Shown here: piece by piece, positions 9,401 to 21,400 of the stretch | Position numbering within the stretch: position 1 is the stretch's first letter | How the letters are laid out: each line of letters starts with the position of its first letter | From: an uncultured Christensenellaceae bacterium | GTDB lineage: Bacteria > Bacillota > Clostridia > Christensenellales > CAG-1252 | DNA length: 64,000 nt | Assembly (NCBI GenBank): GCA_964391805.1 | Contig: CAYMNK010000005.1 | Coordinates: forward strand, 30,701 to 94,700 | Reading direction: 5' to 3' | Program-made: the position numbers and the translations under genes | The notes under the pieces: model-generated | Seen by the model: the letters and a program-made list of their open reading frames with translations, nothing else | What the model was told of the DNA's origin: nothing | The model's database searches: none

Positions 9401-12400
9401 AATCACCGCGCGAGGCTATATGATCGCTTATAAATTCTGCGGTAAAGCTGTTTTTGCCCGAATATAGAGGATCTGCCGTTGAGAAAGGACTATCACTCAA
9501 TATTGCAATATTTCCGTCGTCGTTTTCACCGGTAAAGCCTACGAATATGGTATTTTCGTCAATCGGTTCGGGCACAAATGTCAAGACGCTCGAATTGTGG
9601 TCGATTACAAGACTACCGTTACCGTTGATCACTATTGACGAGTACTTATTACTATTATTCGATCCGCTAACGGTGTTTTCGTCGATCGACGCTCTCGAAA
9701 TCAGCCATGCGTTTTCATTATAGGACGAACCCGAAGCAATAACATTCGATAACGTCATGCCTTGTTCGGTATATACCGCAGAATCGCTGATATATCCGCT
9801 ATTATGTACACAAATACCTGCAGAATTATCTCCGCTTAACGAGTATTGATAGGTTACAGCTAAGTTCTTAATAGTGCCCGAACTGTAACCGAATAATGAT
9901 TGTAATTCGCTACCGTAGGTCGTGCCTTTTGTAAATGTGATATTATAATAGTTGCCGTTAAACTGTGCACCGAATTCGTGCGAAGATGTACCGATTGCGG
10001 TAAATTCGCCCGTAATAGAGATATCGTTCGCTAAGGTGAATTCTCCGTCAATGGGTTGAATTCCGTATGATAAAGCGGAAGATAATGCCTTAAGTTCACT
10101 TCCGTCGGCAAATTCCCTTCTAATAGTTGCAATAAGATGCATTCCGCTAACTATACCCGATGGAGATAAAACAAGGGAGTTTTCCGAATACAAGAGGTAT
10201 CCGCTATCAAACAGTAATACACTCTTATAATCGGTATCGGCATCGGCAAATAACGTGATGCCACGCTCGGTATCGAATATTGCATCGAATACGATGTGTC
10301 CGTTGTTAACGATGTCGCCTATGTCACGATACGTAACGCTTACGCTCTCTCCTATATTCACATAGGTCATACAGTTTACAGCATCGATGCGTGAATTGTA
10401 TTTATTATCCCCGTTATATACCCAAACATTAGATATATACGACGTTCCCGATTTATTCCTACCTATAGCACTGTCCGAAACAACGGTGTCCGGTGAAATA
10501 TCAAGGAGAGTGTCGGTTATCGTCGTTCCGTTGGTTCCTACAAGTCCGCCAGATATTTGTTCGATACCGCTTGCGGCACTAATAGATGAATTATTGATTT
10601 TAACATAGTTGGATGCAATGGTACCCATATTGGACCCCGTGAATCCGCCCGAATATGCGGTAACGCTACTTGTCGAGGATATTACAGCTCCCGATATGTA
10701 TAACTCGATATTAGAGATATAGTAACTATTGGTTCCGACAATACCACCCGCATACGAAGCACCCAAACTATTTTCACGTCCTGCCTCTATCCTTCCGTCA
10801 ATATTTGCCTTAATCCTCTTAATGGTTCCAAGGTTACTTCCAACTACTCCGCCGGCATAAGCATTAACAGAAGGATCGTATTCACCTTCCCGAGAAGCGC
10901 TGAGTGTACCCGATAAAAGAATTTCACAGTCGGCTATCTCGCCCGAACGAGTATTTTCACCGACCACTCCGCCTACTCTCGAGGCATTTAGTGTCGCGGT
11001 AGACACTATTTTTACGGTACAATTATATATGCTTCCACTATTGAGTGCGACTATACCGCCAAAAGAGGATGTTTCACCGTTACCGAAAGAACCATTTGAG
11101 TATTCGATGTTAAGATTCTTTATTACCGCAGACGATGACGCATATCCGAATAATCCCATGTAAGATTGCGCCTTGATTGCATCGTTACCGATAATCGTAA
11201 TGGTATGTCCGAGCCCGTCGAAGACGTGTTTAAATCCGTACAATCCGTTATCGGTATACTTACCGATAGAGGAAATCAAGGGATCGTTTTCGCTTATTGT
11301 CAAATCATTGGTCAAAGTAAATACGAGTGATTTGGCGAAAAGACCGTTATTAACTGTGTTAGCCATAACGTTAAGTTCGTCGACACTCGAAATGATTAAA
11401 TTAATAAAGACTACGCTTACCGTTCTACCGGTAATATTATTTAAAGGCTTAAAGGTGTTATCGTCAACGTTACCTATAGAGTCGGTAACAGCTATTCCGT
11501 TTCCTTCGTACCAACCGTCGATTTCGGCTACTTTGCCACCTTCCGAACCGCTCTTTTCGGTTATGTTGATGAAAATCACGTTACCGTCTCCGTCAATATA
11601 TGAGTCAATAATACCGTTACCGCTGACCTCGAGCACGTTTACCGCCTGATAACCGTTACCGATAGCGGTTGCAGTCGTGGGTACGTCGACAACTAACCAA
11701 CTGTTGTTGGCACTACCTTGAATGCTACCTACAAAGTAACCTATATCGGCACCTTCTACGCCCGAAATCGTGCCTTTGGCTATACATACGCTGTCGATAA
11801 GCGTCGCATTGCTTCTACCGACAACGCCTCCTATCGATTGGTTTTTAGAATTGGCAACGATGCTTGAACCTTGATAGGTTCTAACGGTCAAGGATGCTAC
11901 GTATGCTCTATCTTGAGATATACCTATCGCACCGCCACCGTAACCCGACGAACCTTCGCCACCGTCCAAGACCTCGATGGTACCTAAAAGACTGACACTT
12001 GCAAGTTCGCTAAGTCCGCATAACGCTTCACCGCGCAATTCGCTCCATACCGTGAATTGACTGTTATCGCCACCCGATGAACCTAACACATAGCCGTTAT
12101 TCACACCAACGATACCGCCTACGGTCAAACCTACCAATTGAGTATTAGCATTGATAATTACGAGGCTGTTTTCTATTCTGCCGTTCTCGTAATTGTAGGC
12201 AGAAATACCGCCTACCACATTACCTTTTATGGTAACCGAAGCATTCTCGTTAAAGCTTACCGATACTCCGCTGATTGTACCCGAATTATATACGGCAATC
12301 ACGCCGATGTCTCCGGCAGAAAGCCTTATGTCGTTCATTAGTACAACCGATAAATTCTCAATTACGCCTTCATTATATCCGAATAATGGCACGTTGGCCG

Positions 12401-15400
12401 AAATATTACTTCCGTCGATATGACGCTTGGTCATATTTATTGTGATTTTGTAGTAATTACCGTTATAATAGCCCGATAAACTGCCCCTAAACGGAGTGGA
12501 CGCAGTACCTATAGACTCGAATTCGGAGTCTGTAAGCACTATATTCGCTCCTAACGTAAAGTCGGTATTGGCATATGTATATCCACCCTTGTTGACGTCT
12601 AAAGAGATGGATAATAACTGCTCCGCTTCGGTTATGACGGTGTCAATTATTACAACTTCGTATCTTCTATTGATAAGACTTGTCTTCGGATAATAGACGC
12701 CGTGATCGCCTGCCGTTACGTCTGTATCATTAGCGGTAACGCCTAATGCTTTAGATAATTGGTTATCAAGCGAATAGTTGCTGTACCAACCCTTGACAGA
12801 ATAGCGATCTAACGCGCTGTTTTCCATCTTTACGATGTATTCTCCGTTGGTTATCTCGAAGGATAACGACAATGCGCCCATGCCGATTACCTTCATTCTA
12901 TTGATACTCGAGTTACCTATATTTGCAACGTAACCAATATCGCTATTGAGATTATTTGCCTTGGTTATTACCCAAGTATTGGTCAATAGATTTCTTGTAT
13001 CGTAGCCAAAAGCAATTGCACCGTAACGGTTGCCGTCTTCACTCACGGAACAATCTATTTGCGCTTCCGTTCCAATAATTATTACATTTTCGACTGTACC
13101 CTCGAGATATGCTATAGCACCTGCATATTGAGTGTTTACCGAACCTAAAGCAACTTGCTCTTCGGTGTACTTGGTCCAGCCGAATTCACCGTTGATTTCT
13201 ATAATGACATTCTTCAATGCACCGTATTCGCCTATATGACCGAATATACCCGCATATTTACCCTTGACGATGATTCCATCGGCAAGAGTGATTCTATTGC
13301 CCTGTCCGTCAAAGGTCGCATTGAAGGGTACTACCGCGCCTATTCCGACATAATCGGGGTTATTTATGACGACATCGTTCACAAGGGTAAAGGTCAATCC
13401 GTAAAAGTCATAACCGCTATTGGTGTTTTCAGCCAAGGTTATCAAATCTTCATCTGTAGATATTTCCGACTTCAAGAAAGAAGCGTAGAGAATAAGTCCC
13501 GCGCGAGAAGTGTCAAAGGTTATATTGCTTATGTCATTTCCTACTTCGTTAAACGCTTGCTTGTTACCGTCTACGTAACTATACCATTCTTTCCATGCGT
13601 GACCGCCCGTTCTTTGAACATTGACGCCGTTTATAGTATCGTTTTGGGTGCTGAAGGCTATCTTTAACTCACCTGCGCCCACAACGGTGATTACATTGAT
13701 ACCACCGTTATAGACACCGCTTTGTTTGAAAGTTCCGTTCGAGTCGACTGCATCGTAAAATGCTTGCTCGTTATTGTTACTTTCGTTATTGAATCTGTTG
13801 TTGTAGGATAATACCCATACGTTTTGAGCATAATCGATTTCGCTCCAATTCGTAACGTTTCCGTAGGCGTCGGTCGTAATGGATTGATTGACCGCTACCC
13901 TCGAAGCCGACAATGTAGCGACAATGCTTGCCGTTTTCTTAATTTCGACAATTATGTTTTTGAGTACAGCGCCGTTATCTACAGCAGAAAGAGAACCCGA
14001 ATACTTGGTTTCCGCGCCACCAATCGTGCCTGACAATTCAATATACAAATTAGTTACGCTTGCGCCTTTACCGAGTATGCCGAAAATACCCGAATAAGCC
14101 TTATCGATTTTTGCATCCTCGGAAATTATTATCTTATATCCGTTTCCGTTGTATTTACCGATAAACTCTATCAGTTTATATTCGCCTAACGTCGATGAAG
14201 CCAAACTGACCTCTCCGCCTATGGGCGTATAATCGGCGTCGGCCGGAATTGTTATATCCGCTACTTGTGAAAACTCTATACCTCTATACGATCTACCCGA
14301 ATTGGTCAAGGTTGCCAATTTAACGAGATCTTCATAAGTTCTGATAACGGGATTGAGGAATACGGCAAGGAAACTTTCACCGACCATGGGTGAAGATGCT
14401 GAACTTATAAGAGTGGTTTTCCTATCCGTTGTCGAGCCGTCCTCGCTAATAAAGCCGAATACCGGTTCACCATCCGCTATCGCCGTCAACGAGAATACGA
14501 TGGACGTATTCAAATCATCTATGGGCTTGGTCGTGTCGGTACGAGCGAATGTAATATTCAACAATCCCTCTCCGCAAATATAGAGGGTGTCAGGCATATT
14601 TATACCGCTCGAAACTATATCGGTGGATATATTACCCGCTATATCCTTATATCCGCCTACAATGCGGTAATCGCTGTTTTCGGGCAATACCAACCAAACA
14701 TTATTGAACGATGCGCTACCGTCGAATACGCCGACTAAACCGCCTATAGAATCGGTATTGATATTATAAAGTTCGGTTTTTTCGCCTAATACTACTGCCA
14801 CATTCTCTATAGTTCCGCTAAGGAATCCCGCAAGATAACCTGTATATATACTCTTTTTATCTCCAAATGTTTGTCCTCGATACGAACTGTTTTCGGTGAC
14901 GTTATCGGCACGAATAATTATGTTCTTGACTGTACCGCCCTTACCTATGTTACCGAACAAACCGCTGTATGCGTTATAATCGGAAGTTAGGTCTCCTATA
15001 AGTCTAATTGTATAACATGCGTTAGAAGCATTTGCATCAGTGTCGATAAGTCCGTCAAATACACCCGTAAATGGATGTTCGACGGTGCCTATAGGCGTCA
15101 ATTTACCCATATCTATCACAAGTTCGGTGATATAATTATTACCTGCATCCTTACCGAGATCGAGGGTAAACATAGCGCCGTTGTCACCAAAGGTGTTGAC
15201 GTTTTCGGCAAATTCATAGAAGTCCTCTGCCGAACGAATAACAAGGTCGATAAAACTCAATGTAAAATCAATTTTATCGATTTTGGCACTTTCTCTTATC
15301 CCGCCGAGTGCGTTATACACTATTACACCTTCGTCGGGGCGTGAATCTATTGCTCCGTATACATCGGAACGATTTAAACTATCTAAAGTGGTTTTTGACG

Positions 15401-18400
15401 AAATATCATAATACCAATCGTCATAATAAGCAAAAACGTTATCGCTCTCGCTCGACAAAACGCTAAATGTTATATTATTCTTACCGTACTCGGTAAAGGA
15501 AACTCCAAGTTTACCTAAGCCGATTACCGAAAGTTTATTAACAGAATCGTCTTTATTTTCCGCAGTTGAACCTTCTTTTATTCCTATCGAATCGCTTGCA
15601 CCGTTATAGATTACAGTCCATACGTCGACTAGATTTGCCGACTCCGAAACAAAACCTGCAAGCACACCGCCATAGGAATCCGATCTTAAACTATAGGGGA
15701 CGGAAAACGCGTTAACGGTCACATTAGAAACGGTACCGTCTATACGACCTGCAAGCACTCCGGTATAGTTGCTCATTCCCGAACCAACTAAGAAGTCTTC
15801 GCCTACCTCGATAATTAGATTCCTGACAATTGAATCGGAAGATAAATATCCGAAGATACCGCTATAATCGCTTCCCGATATAGCGCCCCTTTGAAGAATA
15901 ATCTTGGTATAATCACCCTCAAAAATTCCGGAGAATGGATGTTCAAGTGTTCCTATGGGATTGACTGTATTTCTAATGACAATGTCCTCGGTAACCGAAA
16001 GTTTTATCATAACGCCGTGGAAAAGATCGTTATCGTTGATGTTTCGATACAATTCGAGGAATTCTTCGCTGTCGTTTATTACCAAGTCGTAGTAGCAAAC
16101 GTGATACGACGCATTTTTCAAGCCGTCTTCGGCAATATAAACGTTGCCGTCGCCGTTAAAACTTTCGTGAGTCGAAATATCCGAATACCAAGTCGTAGGA
16201 GAATCCGCAATGTACGCGGCGGTAAACTTAATTTTGTTACCCGATACGAATTCGGCATCGACATTGGTTTTACCGACTATTTTCAATGTATTGAAACCTA
16301 CGTTTCCATTGCCGTTTTGAATGAGCGTATCGGAGTTACTCGCCACAGCCCAAACATTTATATGAGCTTCCTCAGATAAATCTATCGAATAGCCCGATAC
16401 TAATCCCTTGAATCCGCTTTGTTTGGAATACAGTTTATTACGAATTATTACGTAACTGTCGCTGATTTGGGTAGAGTTGTTTTGTCCAAGCAAACCGCCC
16501 GTGTACACGGTCGATGCAGAACCTAAAATGCCTTGAACGGTTACATCACAAAGCGAAACTTCACCTTCGTTTTTTGCGACTAATCCGCCTACTGCGGTAA
16601 GTGCATCGATAACAACATTAGAATCAATATATACCGATACATCACTAATCGTTGCTTGGTTATTGCCAACTGCTCCGCCCGAATACTTTATGCCCGAAAC
16701 CGAGCCGTATAGGGCAACTTCGCTTTTAACTATACTACCCGAAGTTGACTGCCCTGCTATTCCGCCGAAAGCGGAGCCCTTAGAGGTAATATCAGCATAG
16801 TTATATGCCTTTACAGAATCGTCGTCACTACCGATGATTCCCTTATTTACACCTGCGATAATACCTAACGAACCTTGATTCTCGGTATATAGGTCAGCTC
16901 CTTTATAGACATAACATACGGCAGAAACAATTGTCGATAGGTTTTCACCTACCACACCGCCGACAGCCGTATCCGATAGTTCGAAGGTAACGCTTTCGTC
17001 AATATATGAGTTTCCGCTTATCGCGGGAGCGGATACTTTACCGTATATTCTAACATTGACATTTTGAACTCTACCGTTATTTACACCGATTACACCGCCC
17101 GAAGAATATGCTCCAATTACCGAAGACGATAGATTTCCCGAATTAATGACAAGTTTAACACTGTCCAATCGATCGGAACCGACAAGTCCGTCATTATATC
17201 CTACGATACCGCCAGAAATATATCCCGACACCTTTCCTGTGTACTCTAAGCCTTGAGTATTATCGTAATCGAAAGAAGCAATTATTCCCGATATTTCACC
17301 CGAATTGTATCCTACTAATCCGCCGACGTAACTTGAATCGCTACCGATAACGCTTGCAGTTGATTTAAAAGTGATGTTTTCTATTATACCCTTATTTACA
17401 TTGGCTAAAGTTCCGACTGCTTGGAGACCGTTCCATTCTTGAGAACTACCGAAGACTACACCCGATTCAACGGAATAGGTAAAGTTACTAACCGAAGAAT
17501 ATTCGCTTATTGTGCCGAATAACGCGTTGCCGATTTTACTACCCGAAGAAGAACCCGAATCGGTGCGAACTCGTATAGTATATCCGTTTCCGTTAAAACT
17601 TCCGACAAATTCTTTAGCCGATTGAAGCAATGAATACCTCGAATCGGATGTGGATAGCACTAATTCGTTTTGCCCCGAAAGATTGACGATATAGTTGGCA
17701 TATGCCTTAAAATCGCTATTGACACTCTCTATCATATCATAGAGGTCATCTTTTGTGGTTATTTCCGTTTTAACGAATATAGCATAGTAATCGACACTCT
17801 TTAACGAGGTTTTATTGTTTGTCGCTATGGTGGGTGCAAAACTCTGTCCCGAACCGCCGTCGGTGGACGACACTACACCGCCTCTCGTCATCGATTCGGT
17901 GTAATTGTAGAACGGTACGGTTTGAGTCTTACCGTCGGGAATCATTTCGACTGCCTCAAATACTATACTTCCGCCAAGAGGTTGAACCTCGTTATTTGCA
18001 TAAACGGTAACTTTGACGTCGCCATAACCGTATTTTACCAATCTATTGGCATCATTGGACTGCTCGCCGTTAACAAGCGGGAAGGTAAATTCGCCCGATT
18101 CGTTTTGAGCGGGAGTAAGATGAACGAAACCGTCTATCGTCGAATCAAAAGCGTAAAGTACCCATAATCCGTCCGTCAAGGCATACTCATTATATCCAAT
18201 CAATAGAGCGTGATTGCCCTCTCCGCAGTCGGATACAATAGTTCCAGCCGATGTTTCATATGCAACCTTAAGAACGGCAGAGTATACCTTACTCGCATTG
18301 TAACCTACTACTCCACCTGCATAAGACGTTTCAGAAGAAATTGCTGTTATATTGGCAATATTACGCCCGAAAGAGCATTCGGTAGATATGTAGAGATTCT

Positions 18401-21400
18401 TAACTAAGGTATTTATTCCGTCCTTGTTATATCCTACGGCACCGCCTACTATAGCAGAATCGGCTTCGATATCTCGTCCTGTACCTTGTACGATAAGTTT
18501 ACCTCTTTGACCTACTGCCGTTTCTACAAAATGCACTTCCGCATTTTTTACGACACCCGAATTGATACCGACCAATCCGCCTGCCACTCTAACGCCCAAT
18601 ATAGTTGATTTATATGTAGCGTTAATCTTATTCGAGGAACTGTCAGAACCTACAATTCCTTTATTAATAGCGACAATTCCTCCAAAAATACCGTCATTTT
18701 CATTAATGTCGCTTATATATTCTACACCTAATTGCTTAACAATGGCATTTTCGCCTAAACATCCGAATAATCCTAACAGTTTTTGCTCGGAGGCAAAACT
18801 TTCAACGGTAACCGTATATCCTTTTCCATCTAAAATACCGTCGAAATAATTCTCTTCGCTGTTACCGATAACCTCATATGACGACACAATAATATCGGAG
18901 CCTAAAACAAATTTTACACCAGTGTAACGCTGTCCTGCGTTGGTGGTAACGGCAAGTTTGTTCAATGCATCTTGATCGACTATCAACGAATCGATTACAC
19001 TGCTATATACAGCAAAACCCGACTGTGCACCAGGACGCAATCCTTGAGTTATGCCCTCTGCCGAAATAAGCATATCGTCGTTTACCATTACAGAATGGTC
19101 AAACTCGGTGTACCAACCTGTGAACACCTTGGTGGTATCAACCGATACCGTAAAAATGATATTATCATGAGAACTCGAGGATATATCCATAATACATACC
19201 GCATTACCGCCACGTACATATAATGTGTTTAATCCTTTGTCGAGTGCACCCGAATGAGTCAATTCGCCCTCGTAATAAGGTAAAGGATCGGTGCTGACGT
19301 CGCCCGATTGTTCCGATGGAATTTGAGCATACGAACCCATTACCCAAGTATTATTGTATCCTACGCCGTAACTTGAAGAACTACCGACAAGGGCATAAAC
19401 AGATGCTTTCGAACTACAATCGCTACAAGTAGCCGAACAATTAAAGGTATCTACTATATCTATAACACCCTTAATTTTAGTCTTTTTAACGCTTTCGGTA
19501 TTACTATCGTAATTGCTACTTAGTTGCACTAACTCATTTTTTGCCCTTTCAAAATCACTCTTGGAACGTTTGGCAACACTTAGTCCGCCCTCTTCGAAAT
19601 AGACTTGTAAAATATTGTCTATTGCAGTTTTTCCGTCTAAAAGGTCGGAAGAATAAAGTTCGGCAAGTTCTCTCTGCAAACTCAAGAAAGTGTTTTGATT
19701 ATGATTACAAGATGCGGTTAATACGCTGTTATTATAATTACTGTGGTCCTTTACGTTGACAACGGTATTCTTGGTATATAGATTTTTGGTAATCGCACCT
19801 GCAAAACCGCCTAAATAAGCACCTACATCCGACGCGTCGCTTATAGCCATACTCGATACTACGTCACCGCTAAGTGTTACGTTGATCATTTCGTAATAAC
19901 CTTCGCTTTCGCTACGACCGATAAGACCGCCTACCGTATTGTTAAGTCCTACCGCATTGATTCTTCCGTCAAGATTAAAATCTATCCTATCCAATGCAAT
20001 TCCGTCAATATTGCTCCTATTGACACCGATAAGACCGCCTACTACATTTTCTTTACCGAAGGACTTAATGGTTCCCGCAGTAGTTATATCGAGAGAAACA
20101 TTGCTGATATATCCGTTATTGACACCGCACAAAACTGCCGAAACGGTACTCGAGTCTAAAGAAGATGCATCTTGGTTACCTGCATATATCGTGCCCGCAA
20201 ATACTATATCGGTATTAACAAAACTTGCTCCGTTTGCAATTTCTCCGAATATGCCGACATTACCTCTACCTACAATAGAAGAACCCGATTCGAAGGTGAT
20301 GCTATGTCCTGCTCCGTCAAAGTTTCCTTTAAATTGATTTATTACCGGCATTCCCGACGTAAAGGTGATATCGTTGACCATCTTTACGTCTATCCAAGAG
20401 AAGTTTAATCCCGAATTCATCTCATAAGCGAATTCAACCATATTCCCCGACGTATATATCTCACTCGTGAGGAATACGCAAATAATGGAAGTTTTGGTCG
20501 ACTTATTGACAGAAGGAATATAACTGTATTGAATATATTCGGAATTGCTTCCGCTGTTATATACTATATCCTTACGCGTTTCTATGCTATCGGTGTAAGG
20601 ATTATTGTTTGCTAAATTAGCGTCGCTCGTAAACCATCCGTAGAAAGGTGCATATTGTTCGTTAGCCTTGAATACTATTTCTCCCGACGAATTGATGGTG
20701 TGACCGAGCCAACCGCCACCGTAGACTTTGATATCGTGAATCAGTCCGTATTTACCGTCGTCGCCTACATACTGAAGTCCCGATATACTGCCCTTGATCC
20801 AGTTATTGCCCGAATTAAAGCTGTCGAAAGTCGAGCCGACCGCGCCTGCTATATATCCGTGTTTTTCACTTCCCGCACCCTGCTCGGTGCCCGACGTTGC
20901 GGTAACGGTATAAAATGCGGTACCCTTTTCGAATACACAGTTATGGAAAGAGCCGTTTATCTTGCCGTCAACCTTACCGATCAAACCGCCCTGATAAACT
21001 ACGCCTTGAATATTACGCTTATTCATGGTTTCCTTAGAAAAATTAGTAGTTTTCATCATTCCGCTAAGGCTTATGGTATTTCTGTTTATTTCTAAACTTC
21101 CGCTGTCGGGTACACTTCCTATGATACCGCCCGTAATGGCACCGTCCTTAGATGACAAATAGTGTCCTCTTGCAGAAATGGTTCCGTTCACCGTCATTGT
21201 ATTACCTTGAAGGGTAATGTTCATGGCGCGACCGAAAAGTCCGCCCGAAGGGAATATGTATTCCGACGTATTACATTTAGAAGAAAAATCCAAAAATCCG
21301 CTTATCCAGTCGAACATCAACGAGCCTAACTCGTCGCCTAAATCTACTGAACATAAATCGTTAGTGGAAACGTTAGCTGATACCGTTATCGAAGAAGACG